Assembly: GCA_965224025.1 (NCBI GenBank)
Contig: OZ245033.1
Coordinates: 2,656,001 to 2,720,000 of the forward strand
Reading direction: 5' to 3'
Origin: Candidatus Multivorans sp.
GTDB lineage: Bacteria > Acidobacteriota > Thermoanaerobaculia > Multivoradales > Multivoraceae
DNA: 64,000 bases
Part shown: piece after piece, positions 19,978-29,600 of the stretch
Numbering within the stretch: position 1 is the first letter of the stretch
Layout: each line of letters opens with the position of its first letter
Translations under genes and position numbers: made by a program
The notes under the pieces: model-generated
What the model saw: the letters and a program-made list of their open reading frames with translations, nothing else
Database searches by the model: none
Told to the model about the DNA's origin: nothing

Positions 19978-20050
19978 CCGGCGTGCCATCCGTGCGCCCG
20001 ATGACGGGCGCACGGACTCGTTCACGCGTGGCGCGGATCGCGCCGCGCGG
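19978..20050 (+). repeat. Repeat family A copy
   Basis: ccggcgtgccatccgtgcgcccgatgacgggcgcacgga...gtggcgcggatcgcgcc. Confidence 0.88.
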
Positions 20051-20094
20051 AATGTAGAGTCCCGCTCTTCACTGTCGCGGAAAGGACCTCCCGG

Positions 20095-21513
20095 ATGCCC
20101 TTCGAACGTCTCAGCCTGACCGAAGTGCTCGACCAGCTCGACGCCGGAAAGTGCTCCTGCGTCGAGCTGATGGGCGCAACGCTCGACCGCGTCGAGGCGA
20201 CCCACTCTCGCCTGAACGCGGTGGTCAGCGCGAGACCGCGCGAAGAACTGCTGGCCGACGCCGAGGCCGCCGATCGCCGGCGGGCCGCCGGCGAGGCGGG
20301 CCCGCTCGAAGGAGTGCCGCTCGGGGTCAAGGATCTCGAGGACGTGGCGGGCATGGTCACAAGTATGGGCTCGAGGGTGTTCCGGGACAACCTGGCCGGG
20401 AGCGACTCGACACAGGTGGCGCGGTTGCGGGCCGCGGGCGCGATCGTCGTCGGCAAGACGAACACGCCGGAGTTCGGGTTCACCGCGATCACGAAGAACC
20501 CGCTGTTCGGGGTGAGCCGCTCACCGTGGGACCTGGAGCGAACCCCCGGCGGTTCGAGCGGCGGCTCGGCGGCGGTGCTCGCGGGCGGCGTGCTGCCCCT
20601 GGTCACGTCGTCGGACGGAGGCGGCTCGATCCGCATTCCGGCCAGCTTCACGGGCGCCTTCGGCCTCAAGCCGAGCCAGGGCAGGGTGCCTCGGGGGCCG
20701 ATGCGGTCATGGGACTACGGAGGCACCGCGGTGTACGGTCCTCTGACCCGGACCGTGGCAGACGCGGCCCTGTTCCTCGACCTCGTCGCCGGCCCCTCGC
20801 CTTGCGACCCCGGCTCGTTGCCGGCGCCGGGCCTCAGCTACCGCGACGTGTTCGACTCCGCTTTGCCGGCATCCACGCGGATCGCCTGGTCGCCGGACCT
20901 CGGCTATGCCCGGGTCCAGTCGGACGTCGGCCGCGTTGCGGCGCAAGGGGTGGCGGCGTTCGAGGAGGCGGGTTTCCCGGTCGAGGCCCTGGAAGAGCAC
21001 GTCCCCGGCGGTCCGCCGATGCTGACCGCGGCCTGGGGCGCGCTCGGCAACTTCTTCCTTGCCGGTCAACTGCACGAGTCGCTCCGGAACCAGCGCCACG
21101 ACATGACGCACTCCTTTGCCGACGCGCTGGAGCGCTCGTGGGACGTGACGCCCGAGTCGTTCGGCGAGGGCGCGCGCGAGCGCGGACGCCTGAACCAGTG
21201 GTGCGGCGAGGTGTTCGACCGGTTCGACCTGCTCGTGACCCCTACCGTGCCGTACGACCCGCCGCCAGCCCGCGGTCCCTTCCCGACCCACACCGGGGGA
21301 AGGGAACAGATCCCGGCGGGCGTCGCCGCGTTCACGATTCCGTTCAACATGTCGGGTCATCCGGCCGCCACGGTGCGGGCCGGCTTCTCCGACGCCGGTC
21401 TGCCGGTGGGCCTGCACATCGTGGGTCCGCGCCACCGCGACGACCTTGTGCTCCGGGCCGCGCGCGTGTTCGAACGGGCTCGCCCCTGGCACCCGAACTG
21501 GCCGGAGATCTAG
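20095..21513 (+). CDS. Amidase signature family enzyme
   Basis: GVPLGVKDL, GKTNTPEFG, GGSSGGSA, SDGGGSIRIPAS. Confidence 0.94.
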   Translation: MPFERLSLTEVLDQLDAGKCSCVELMGATLDRVEATHSRLNAVVSARPREELLADAEAADRRRAAGEAGPLEGVPLGVKDLEDVAGMVTSMGSRVFRDNLAGSDSTQVARLRAAGAIVVGKTNTPEFGFTAITKNPLFGVSRSPWDLERTPGGSSGGSAAVLAGGVLPLVTSSDGGGSIRIPASFTGAFGLKPSQGRVPRGPMRSWDYGGTAVYGPLTRTVADAALFLDLVAGPSPCDPGSLPAPGLSYRDVFDSALPASTRIAWSPDLGYARVQSDVGRVAAQGVAAFEEAGFPVEALEEHVPGGPPMLTAAWGALGNFFLAGQLHESLRNQRHDMTHSFADALERSWDVTPESFGEGARERGRLNQWCGEVFDRFDLLVTPTVPYDPPPARGPFPTHTGGREQIPAGVAAFTIPFNMSGHPAATVRAGFSDAGLPVGLHIVGPRHRDDLVLRAARVFERARPWHPNWPEI

Positions 21514-21606
21514 CCATAGCGCGGCAGAACGATCGGAGGCCGGCGCTTCGCGCCGGATGCCGGTGGGGACGCCGGCGCACTCAGTTTCCGCCGCGCAAGC
21601 TGCCAG
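21511..21606 (-). repeat. Repeat family A variant lacking the inner double hairpin
   Basis: Reverse complement reads agcttgcgcggcggaaactgagtgcgccggcgt...gcatccggcgcgaagcgccggcct...ttctgccgcgc, collinear with 6195-6353. Confidence 0.75.
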
Positions 21607-21613
21607 GAACGGT

Positions 21614-22648
21614 TCACGGGATCACGGAGACCTTGACCGCACCGGACCGTTTGTCGCCGGCGACTTCGAAGGCGCGCTCGATGTCGTCCAGCGGCACTTC
21701 GTGGGTCAGCAGGCCGGCGTAGTCGCTTCCGGCCGCGGTCAGGATGCGCACCGCCTCCTCGAAGTCCGCTTCGCCGGGGCGGCGCGCGTAGCAGTTGGAC
21801 CACTGAAGGCGTGCCTCCTTGCCCAGGAGGGTCAGAGGATCGAGCGTCAGGGGCCCGAGGAAGACGCCCAGGACGGCGATCGTGCCGCCCGGCGCCAGTG
21901 CCGCCGAGGCCGCATCCATCGTGTCCGCCGTGCCGCCGACCGTCTCGACGACCGCATCGGCGTCGAGGCCGGCCAGATCGTCAGTCGACGCCGCGTCGAG
22001 TGACTCGTGGACGCCGAGCCGCTTCGCCAGGCGCGCCTGGTGCTCGTAGCGGGCCGTGATCGCAATGTCGTCGAACCCCCAGGCGCCCGCGACCGCGGCC
22101 ACCGCCAGGCCGATCGCGCCGGCGCCGAGGATCAACAGCCGTTCGGGCTGCCTGCTGTCGTTGAAGCCGGCCAGACGCAGGCCGTGGACGGCCACCGCGA
22201 AGGGTTCGGCGAGCGCGGCGAGGGCCGGCGGGAGAGTCTCGGGAACCCGGTACAGGCGGTGTGCTGGCACGACCACGGCGTCGGCGAAGCCGCCGGGACG
22301 GCGGAGGCCGTAGAGCTCCAGGTCACGGCAGATGGAGTCCCGGCCTTCGCGGCACGGGCCGCAGTTGCCGCAGGAGGCGAGCGGCTCGACCACGACCGGT
22401 TCGCCGCCGCCCAAGCCCTCGACTTCTGGGCCCAGGGCGTCGACTAGCCCGGCCATCTCATGCCCCATGGTCGAACCCGGGGCGATGATCGGCTGCGGGC
22501 TGTGAACGAGATGCAGATCCGTGCCGCAGAGCCCGCAGGCGGTGATCCGGACGCGGACCTCGCCGGGGCCGGGTTCCGGCAGCGGCCGTACGGCCAGCGC
22601 CACTCTTCCCGGTTCGAGGTAGACGCCGGCGCGCATGGTCGCCGTCAT
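21614..22648 (-). CDS. Zn-dependent medium-chain alcohol dehydrogenase
   Basis: CGLCGTD, GHE, CGNCGPC...C, GAGAIG. Confidence 0.92.
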   Translation of the reverse strand: MTATMRAGVYLEPGRVALAVRPLPEPGPGEVRVRITACGLCGTDLHLVHSPQPIIAPGSTMGHEMAGLVDALGPEVEGLGGGEPVVVEPLASCGNCGPCREGRDSICRDLELYGLRRPGGFADAVVVPAHRLYRVPETLPPALAALAEPFAVAVHGLRLAGFNDSRQPERLLILGAGAIGLAVAAVAGAWGFDDIAITARYEHQARLAKRLGVHESLDAASTDDLAGLDADAVVETVGGTADTMDAASAALAPGGTIAVLGVFLGPLTLDPLTLLGKEARLQWSNCYARRPGEADFEEAVRILTAAGSDYAGLLTHEVPLDDIERAFEVAGDKRSGAVKVSVIP

Positions 22649-23904
22649 GGGGCCGTTCCTTCCTTCCCGTCTCCCAGACACACGGGAAGCGCAAGCAGGA
22701 AGAGCGCCCAGCGCTGGATCTCCGTATCGCGCCAGTTCGCCTCGAACAGGCCCGCGACGTTGAGGGCCAGCAGAGCGAAGAGAACACCCAGATAGAGGTC
22801 CGCGCGGGGTCCGGCTCGCCCTCCCTCGCCGCGGTAGCGCTCGATCGCCGGAGCCGCCGCCGCGCCCATCAGCCACAGGTAGCAAAGCAGCGAAGGGATG
22901 CCGCGACTTGCGGCCATGTGGACGAACGTGTTGTGCAAGTGCTTCACGCGCGCCCGCACGGAGGTCGGATGACGGTAGACCGGGTACCACTCGCGGACCA
23001 TGGCCGGGCCGATGCCTGTGAGCGGCCGGTCCGCGATCATCCGGCCGCCGGCCCACAGCATGCAGAGCCGGTCGTAGTTCGAGGGGTTGCGGACGTCGAC
23101 CACGGACGTGGCGCGTTGCCAGTAGGTCGGCCAGAAGGTGGGCGCCACCGCGGCCAGCGAAACGGCCGCCAGCACCAGGGCGGCGGCGTAGCCCACGAGG
23201 ACCCGGCGACGCTGCAGAGTGAAGGCGGCGGTGGCGACGGCGAAGGCGCCGAGCCAGGCGCTGCGGGTGAGGGTCAAGACGAGCGTTCCGCCGACAATGG
23301 CCAGCACGAGCCAGTTCACCTGCCGGCGCCAACCGTGGCTGCTGGAGACACGCCCGGCGATCAACGCCAGACCGAGCAGGAGCACGCCGGAGAAGGTCAT
23401 GTAGTGCGAGAACGGCCCCGGGATCCGCTGGTGCAGGGGTCCGTAGTCGGTGAAGACGAACTGCGTCAGGCCGTAGACGGCCAGGACCGCCGAGATACCG
23501 ATGACCGCGGCGATCACAACCCTCACCTGCCGTTCGCCCCGGACCAGCAGGAGCGCCAGTGGCAGGGTGAGGACGGAGTAGAGCTGGGAGAGTTCCTGGA
23601 GACTCGTCCCCGGCGCGTAGGAAAGGACCGCCGAGAGGACAAAGCAACCGGTATAGGCGGCCAGGGGGTAGAGGAGCCGCCGCCGTCGCCGGCGATCCTG
23701 GTCGCCGGCTGTGAAGAACAGTCGTCGGCGACTGAACGCGCTCCAGACCAGCGTAAAGAACAGCAGGATGTTCGAGAGCGCGATCCCGAAGGTGGTCACG
23801 AGCTGGCCCAGGAAGAGCCAGAAGCCCGCGTTTCCCCTGGCTTCGCGGCAGGGCCGGGGCACGGCGCGCTCGATCGCCCCCATCGGCCCCTGCGTCCGCT
23901 GCAT
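22645..23904 (-). CDS. O-antigen ligase family membrane protein
   Basis: About 10 TM segments, TLTRSAWLG, R..LW..G..MI.D.PLTGIG, HLHN; the ORF-track start at 23946 runs into the IS end. Confidence 0.85.
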   Translation of the reverse strand: MQRTQGPMGAIERAVPRPCREARGNAGFWLFLGQLVTTFGIALSNILLFFTLVWSAFSRRRLFFTAGDQDRRRRRRLLYPLAAYTGCFVLSAVLSYAPGTSLQELSQLYSVLTLPLALLLVRGERQVRVVIAAVIGISAVLAVYGLTQFVFTDYGPLHQRIPGPFSHYMTFSGVLLLGLALIAGRVSSSHGWRRQVNWLVLAIVGGTLVLTLTRSAWLGAFAVATAAFTLQRRRVLVGYAAALVLAAVSLAAVAPTFWPTYWQRATSVVDVRNPSNYDRLCMLWAGGRMIADRPLTGIGPAMVREWYPVYRHPTSVRARVKHLHNTFVHMAASRGIPSLLCYLWLMGAAAAPAIERYRGEGGRAGPRADLYLGVLFALLALNVAGLFEANWRDTEIQRWALFLLALPVCLGDGKEGTAP

Positions 23905-23991
23905 GGCGGTCAGTCTATGCGGGTCCGGCTCACTGGGACTCTCCACCCTTTAGCAAGTGTGTTTTGGGGAGGCTGCTGCGGGTCAGGGAGG

Positions 23992-25245
23992 TCATGCGAC
24001 CTGGGCATGGCATCGCTTGTTGGGGTCGAAGAGAGTTCGGTCTCGGAGCATGGCGCAGGCGACGCCGAGGAGTCGGTCGACGAGTTGTCTGATGGCGCGT
24101 CCGTGCGTCTTGCCTTCGGCTTTCATGGCGTCGTACTTGGCGCGGCTGATCGGGTCGTGCTGGATGGCGACTCGTCCCCAGTGATAGACGGCGTCGCTGA
24201 GGTGTTCGTTGGCGGCGAGTCGTCGCATGACGATGAGCTTCTTGCCGGACTTGACGGTCACCGGCGCCACTCCGCAGAGGCAACGCAGTGCCTCGTGGTC
24301 TCTGCGGCCCAGGCTTTGATCGGCCTCGGAGAGCAGGGTGGCGAGGCCGACCTTGCCGAGTCCGGGCAGCGACCTGAGGATGGCGGCGTCGCTCGGCTTA
24401 GGGGAGTCGTCGTCGTTTTCCCGTTGGGCCGGGGCCTCGAGTGCGCGGGTCATCCGCTCCAGCCGCTTGTCGGCGTCGGCGAGTTGGCGGCAGACGGTGT
24501 CGAGCACCGGCCGGAGGAGTCCTATGTGTTCGACGGCGGCCTTAACGGTGTCCGGGGAAACGGCGATCGGCTCGGCCCGCAGTTGATCGCGCAGTTGGGC
24601 GGAGGTCAGGCGCCGGATGCGGTGTTCCTTGAGCAGTTTGGCGAGCGTGGCTTCGCGCAGCCGTCGAGCCTTGCCGGGGGTCGGCGCCAGTCGCCACAAG
24701 GCCAGCGCGAAGGGCGCCGACACCTCGTTCTTGACCACGGCGAGAAACTGCGGGTAGTAGCGCCAGAGCTGGTCGCGGACCTGGTTCTCCAGGCGGTTCT
24801 TCTGGCCGACCAACTGCTTGCGGCCGCGGGACACCTCGCGCAGCATGACGATGGCGGCATCGGATGGTTGCACGCGGTTCAGGCACTCGGGGTCGGTGCG
24901 AAGCGCGGCGGCGAGCACCCGTGCATCGCGGCGGTCATCCTTGGCGCCGGCGACGGAGAAGCGGTCCCTGAAGCGGTCGAGCTGCTTGGGGTTGATCGAA
25001 TGGACGGCGAAACCCCGCTCCAGGAGAGTCTCGACCACCGGTCCGTGCGGCACCTCGATGGCGACGCCGATCTCGTCCGGAGACGTCGGTCGGGTATGTC
25101 CAAGGAGCCAGTCGGCCATGGCGGCAAGTCCCTTGCCGCTGTGGTCGAACGCCCGCTCCCCCCTCACCTTGCCGTCCCGATCCAGCACACACACGTGGTG
25201 GGTCTCGGACCCCCAGTCCACGCCGGCGAACCACGTCCTGGTCAT
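23992..25245 (-). CDS. IS110 family recombinase/transposase
   Basis: DEDD motifs GVDWG, AIEVP, KDDRRDA; SLPGLG; GVAPVTVKSGK; start ATG 25245 after AGGAGG. Confidence 0.95.
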   Translation of the reverse strand: MTRTWFAGVDWGSETHHVCVLDRDGKVRGERAFDHSGKGLAAMADWLLGHTRPTSPDEIGVAIEVPHGPVVETLLERGFAVHSINPKQLDRFRDRFSVAGAKDDRRDARVLAAALRTDPECLNRVQPSDAAIVMLREVSRGRKQLVGQKNRLENQVRDQLWRYYPQFLAVVKNEVSAPFALALWRLAPTPGKARRLREATLAKLLKEHRIRRLTSAQLRDQLRAEPIAVSPDTVKAAVEHIGLLRPVLDTVCRQLADADKRLERMTRALEAPAQRENDDDSPKPSDAAILRSLPGLGKVGLATLLSEADQSLGRRDHEALRCLCGVAPVTVKSGKKLIVMRRLAANEHLSDAVYHWGRVAIQHDPISRAKYDAMKAEGKTHGRAIRQLVDRLLGVACAMLRDRTLFDPNKRCHAQVA

Positions 25246-25288
25246 CTCGTCCTCCTTCTCCCTTGCGGTAGTGTTGCCTGGTCGGCAT

Positions 25289-25430
25289 GCCGCGTTGCCT
25301 GCCCGTACCTGTACTGGTGCTCTAAGGCACTGACTCTCCACTGGGCGTCCAACGCGGCGAAGCAGCCAGGGCACGGGTCCCAGCCAGGTGCTCGAAGCAC
25401 AGTGCGCCGGTGGTCGCTCCTGGCTGCTTG
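25289..25430 (-). ncRNA. Predicted bridge RNA (target-binding loop, then donor-binding loop)
   Basis: Two stem-closed loops, each with an inner GTGC/GCAC hairpin flanked by segments matching target or donor; transcript ends unknown. Confidence 0.75.
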
Positions 25431-25645
25431 CCGACCTTCCTTCAGTGACTCCGGCAGGCCGGAAACGCAACCGACCGGCGGTCTCGGCTGCGGAAGCTGC
25501 CGGTCCGGCGGAAAACGGCAGACCGTTTCCCGCCGGACCTTGGAAAACCGGCAAGCCGGTTTCCCACAGCTACCGCAGCCACGACGGCTACTGGTCGATT
25601 CCACCTCTCTCAACGACCCACCAGAATCCACCCGAGAAAGGTACA

Positions 25646-25725
25646 GGTGCGCCGGCGTGCCATCCGTGCGCCCGATGACGGACGCACGGACTGGTTCACG
25701 GGTGGCGCGGATCGCGCCACCCGTG
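25646..25725 (+). repeat. Repeat family A copy carrying the IS110-1 insertion
   Basis: ggtgcgccggcgtgccatccgtgcgcccgatgacggacgcacgga...ggtggcgcggatcgcgccacc starts at the IS core. Confidence 0.88.
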
Positions 25726-25777
25726 TTCTGGCCGGCATCCGCCGCAAGGCGGAATCCGGCTGGGCTCCGAAGGCGGC

Positions 25778-28378
25778 CTACCGTCCCCGGCTCCGCACGC
25801 CCGTTGCCACGAGCCCCGGACGCAGCACTTCGACCCGGATGTCCCTGAGCCCATCCGGGCCGGCCGCCGCGACCGACGGCGGTTCGAAGGCGATCAGGTA
25901 CTGCGAACGAAGAGCGCGCGCAATCTCGCGGTAGATGCGGTCCAGGTCGTCCACCGATTCGGCGGCGTGGTACTGGCCTCCGGTGCGGTCGGCAAGCTTC
26001 CGCAGCGCATCGATCGTCGCCGGGTCGCCTACGCGCAGCGCGATCGGGTAGGTCGCAACGCCGGCCAGCTCGACCTGGGCGAGCACGCGCTCGAAGTCGA
26101 GGTTGCTGTCGGTGTCCGCGCCGTCGCTCAGGATGACGAGAGCCCGCCGGTCCGGCCGTCCGGCGAACGAGGAGACCGCGTAGGCGATGCCGTCGTAGAG
26201 CCGGGTCGCGCCCCAGGCGCGCAGCCCCTCGGCGGCGTAGCGAAGCTGCCGGGCGTCGCCGACAAAGGGCGTCAGCCGTTCGAGATCGTGGTTGAAGACG
26301 AGGAGGCTGGCGGCGTCGCGCTCGGTCAGGACCCGTTCGAAGAAGCGCTGCGCGCTCGTAGCCGCGACCCGTACGCTGCGTCCCAGGGAGCTGGAGACGT
26401 CCATCAGCAGGGCAACGTTCAGCGGCCGGTCCGCGAGGCTGCGGAAGTCATGGACCGGCGCCTCGATGCCCTGGTGAAGAACCCGAAAGTCCCCCGGTCC
26501 GAGGTCCGTCGCCGGGCCGGTCTGCCGGCCGCCGACGGAGACGAGGATGTCGACCAGGCGCACATCGATCTGCTCAGGCGCCCCGGCGCCCAGGAATGCG
26601 AGATCCTCGACCTGCTCGCCGGAGCGGAGCGTGGCCGCGGCGCGAACGAAGCTGAGGGGTAGCCGCAGCCCGGCCGGAACCCGGCAACGGAAGGGTGGCG
26701 CGGTCATCCGCTCGAGCAGGTCCGCGCCCAGGAAGCAATCGACGTGCTCGAGTTCGCGTCCGGACGGCACGTCGACGCGGACGGCCAGGTCGAGCGCCTG
26801 GTCGAGGCGTGCCGGGTCGGGAGGTTCAAGCGCGATCGCGAACGGGCGCTCCTCCCGTTCGACGTCGAGGCCGTGCCGGGCCACGAGCCGCCCCACGCGG
26901 TCAAGGCCACGGAGTTCGATCCGGTGACGCTGCTCCGGCAGATCGATGGCGTGAACGAAGGGCGGCTCGCTGACCGTGGCCACGTTCTCGCCGTCGCGCC
27001 GGAAGACGACCTCGGCGATGCCGGGGCTGGCTGTGGCGCGGGCGGTGAACGTGGCGCCCAGCACCCGGCCGTCCGGCGCCAGAAGTTCGACGCTCGGCAA
27101 CTGGTTCAGGACGATCGTCTCCCGCCGGGTCAGCAGGTGGAGCCCCGGCACGTCGGGCGGTGTGGAAAGCGCCGGCACGTCGACCGTGTTGCTGCTGTGG
27201 AGCAGCCCGCGCCCCAGGCCGTCCTCGGCGCGGAGTTCGAAGCGGTAGGCGCCGGGAGGCAGGCGACGGTAGAAGTCGAGCGCGATGCCCGGCGAACGGT
27301 CACCGGTGTCCGTCGCGTCGACTGGAATGCCGCCGCTGATGTGGTGCGTGACGACGAAGGCGTCGGCGAGCCGGTTGCCGAGGAAGACATCGCCCGTGAT
27401 CGTCACCCGGTCGAGGATCTGGCCGGCGCCGAGTTCGGCGAGATGCTCGGGAGGCAGCCGCAGCCGGCCGCGCATCGCGGTGCGGCGGTTCTCGCTGCCG
27501 AGGGCCTCGAACTCCAGCGAAACACCTGGCATTGCCATGGCAGCGGGATCGAGGACGGCCTCCACGCGCAGGAAGTCGTCGACCCAGCTCGAGGTCCGGT
27601 CTTCGGCCCCGGTCGGTTTCCCTATCCAACCGAGCCGCTCGACGAACCGTCGCCAACCTGCCGCGCGTTCGAGCCGTCGCTGCAACCGGGCGCGTTCGTT
27701 CGCGGTCAGGCAGCGGCGGCGTTCCGCCTGTTCCAGTATCCGGGGCGCGCCGACTCGCGGGGGAGGAGTGGCGTCGTCACTCGGGCTGTCCGAAGCTTTG
27801 GGGGCGAAAGCGAGATCCACGCCGGATTCCGGCGACCACACTCGCATCGATCGGGGGTCGAAGTTCACTTGCTGGACGAACGCGAGCAGGAGTTCGCCCT
27901 CGCCCCGTGGCGGCGGCCGGCCGAGTTGGTGTTCGAGTTGCCATCCGTACCAGGTCCAGATCTCAATCCGGCGCAGGGTCGATTCGCACGGCTCGACCAT
28001 CTGCCGGTCAGCCGGCTTGCCGGCCAGCAGCACGGCGCGCTCCATTGCCGGCGACCGCTCGCGGAGCTGGTCGCGGGCTCGCCGGTTTGCTTGCCAGCGT
28101 TCGAGCAGGCGCGGCGGACGCGCCGCCCAGAAGGCGCGCAGGAAGCGCTCGCGCGCGCCCGGGCCTTCGAGTTGTTCGAAGGCCCGGCGCTCGCGGTCGG
28201 TGAGCAGCGGTTCGACCTCGGCGAACCACTGGGTGTAGAAGTCGGGCAGCCGGGCTTGCGGGCGGCGACTGCCCTGGGCCTCCGTGGGGAGGGCTGCCGA
28301 GAGCAGCACCGTCGCGGCGAACAACGTCGCAGCCGCGATTGGCGGCGCTCCAGCGGCGAGCGCGGGCGACGCGGCCAC
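25778..28378 (-). CDS. Secreted GWxTD-like + Ig-like + VWA domain protein
   Basis: Signal peptide; W..EVEPLLT..ER.AF...RERFLRAFW; C-terminal VWA with LLMDVSSS, GATRLYD, ILSDGAD, LRSQYLI. Confidence 0.82.
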   Translation of the reverse strand: MAASPALAAGAPPIAAATLFAATVLLSAALPTEAQGSRRPQARLPDFYTQWFAEVEPLLTDRERRAFEQLEGPGARERFLRAFWAARPPRLLERWQANRRARDQLRERSPAMERAVLLAGKPADRQMVEPCESTLRRIEIWTWYGWQLEHQLGRPPPRGEGELLLAFVQQVNFDPRSMRVWSPESGVDLAFAPKASDSPSDDATPPPRVGAPRILEQAERRRCLTANERARLQRRLERAAGWRRFVERLGWIGKPTGAEDRTSSWVDDFLRVEAVLDPAAMAMPGVSLEFEALGSENRRTAMRGRLRLPPEHLAELGAGQILDRVTITGDVFLGNRLADAFVVTHHISGGIPVDATDTGDRSPGIALDFYRRLPPGAYRFELRAEDGLGRGLLHSSNTVDVPALSTPPDVPGLHLLTRRETIVLNQLPSVELLAPDGRVLGATFTARATASPGIAEVVFRRDGENVATVSEPPFVHAIDLPEQRHRIELRGLDRVGRLVARHGLDVEREERPFAIALEPPDPARLDQALDLAVRVDVPSGRELEHVDCFLGADLLERMTAPPFRCRVPAGLRLPLSFVRAAATLRSGEQVEDLAFLGAGAPEQIDVRLVDILVSVGGRQTGPATDLGPGDFRVLHQGIEAPVHDFRSLADRPLNVALLMDVSSSLGRSVRVAATSAQRFFERVLTERDAASLLVFNHDLERLTPFVGDARQLRYAAEGLRAWGATRLYDGIAYAVSSFAGRPDRRALVILSDGADTDSNLDFERVLAQVELAGVATYPIALRVGDPATIDALRKLADRTGGQYHAAESVDDLDRIYREIARALRSQYLIAFEPPSVAAAGPDGLRDIRVEVLRPGLVATGVRSRGR

Positions 28379-28427
28379 GCGAACGCGGCCGCCCCGGAGG
28401 AGGCGCTGATCCGACCGGGCCGAGGCC

Positions 28428-29237
28428 CTACTCCGACAGCAACGCCTTGATCGCCTCGGAAGGCTCGAAGACGCTCGGATCGACGTCGTTCCAGGTGACG
28501 GACTCGATGGTCTGGGTCATCTCCATACTCATGAAACTGATGACCACCCTGCTCGGGGCCATCAGACCGCCGAACTCCTTGTAGTCGCTCGAGCTGATCG
28601 TGACATCGACAGTGCCCATCTCATTCGTCTGTGTCGTCTCGATGCCGATCAGGAGGCCGGTGTCCTTGGCGAAGTAGTGCGAGGATTCGTTGCCGTCGGT
28701 GTCGACGAGGTCGAGCTGATAGGCCGCTTGGCCGTTCCACTCTGTTTCCCCGGCCGCCTGCTGCTCGGGGTAGATCTCGGCGTACTCCAACTCGGAGTAG
28801 AAGCGGGCGTCGCGCGCGGCGTCCTTCAGCATCTGGCCATCCAGGAGGCGCGTGCCCTGCATTGGATCGTCGGCCCAGCCGATCTCGCCGTTGTAGACCT
28901 CAAGGGTCTCGCCAAAGCCGGCCAGGTTGGTCGACTCGTAGTACTTGTCGGGCGCCATCTGGTAGATCGTCGTTTCACCGGAGACACCCATTGCGGGCAG
29001 GTCGAACGCGGCCTTGATTGTCGCGGATGTATGCGAGCGCACAGCTTCCTCGCCACCGATCGCTTCAACTAAGCGGGCGATGATCTTCTCTTCCTCTGTC
29101 AGCTCTCGGGGTGGTGGGACTTCTGCCGTCGCCTCTTGGGGTGGTGGATCTGCGTTGTAGGCAGAGCAGGCGCCGAGAATCAGACCGCAGCAGGCAAGTG
29201 CGAGCACGGTGCGGCGGCGAAGGGAATGGAAGGACAT
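28428..29237 (-). CDS. Lipoprotein, LolA-like / lipoprotein-sorting fold candidate
   Basis: Lipobox LGAC; EAIGGEEA, APDK, YNGEIGW, YFAKDTGLL, SDYKEFGG. Confidence 0.7.
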   Translation of the reverse strand: MSFHSLRRRTVLALACCGLILGACSAYNADPPPQEATAEVPPPRELTEEEKIIARLVEAIGGEEAVRSHTSATIKAAFDLPAMGVSGETTIYQMAPDKYYESTNLAGFGETLEVYNGEIGWADDPMQGTRLLDGQMLKDAARDARFYSELEYAEIYPEQQAAGETEWNGQAAYQLDLVDTDGNESSHYFAKDTGLLIGIETTQTNEMGTVDVTISSSDYKEFGGLMAPSRVVISFMSMEMTQTIESVTWNDVDPSVFEPSEAIKALLSE

Positions 29238-29410
29238 GAGCGGGTCTCCTTCGGAGGATGTGTTGGTTGTCGTACCTGACTACGTAGAAGCGGCGGCGCG
29301 GTTGCGGTGCGTTCCCTAGGAGTGTCCGCAGCGTTGTCGCTGCGCTGTCGCGCAGGGAACAGGCAGCGAGTAGCCAACGTTACAGCGGCGTCGTGGGTTC
29401 ATAGAGTTGG

Positions 29411-29567
29411 CCGCGCTGGGCAGCGAGGCCGCGCAGGCACTGGTGTGTTGGCGCCCGACTAGGAGTTTGGCCCGGACCGTGATCGGCGCTCTGACGCTGG
29501 CGGCGCGGCTTGTGTCGCGACCCCGTATGCAAGATTGAGCTTTTCGCCGCGGTCTCTGCCCAGCGCG
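29411..29567 (+). ncRNA. Predicted bridge/seek-type guide RNA with a multibranch fold
   Basis: Outer stem cgcgctgggcag...cgcg / cgcgg...ctgcccagcgcg encloses four segments that match the junction flanks. Confidence 0.62.
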
Positions 29568-29600
29568 ACGATTGGATTCCACATCTACGGGAGGCAGGGG

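Larger units (their letters stand above)
23936..25647 (-). mobile_element. IS110-family element 1, GG core at both junctions
   Basis: Junctions cactg-GG-actctccac (core 23936-37) and ggtaca-GG-tgcgccgg (core 25646-47); the rejoined target matches the empty repeat at 6216-6229. Confidence 0.88.

Noticed and set aside
22918-25848. 976-aa plus-strand ORF and other long shadow ORFs (45354-48104, 49897-52560, 11283-13175, 15545-17968, 29316-31520)
   Set aside because: They lie antisense to well-supported genes and lack motifs; such ORFs are expected in high-GC DNA.
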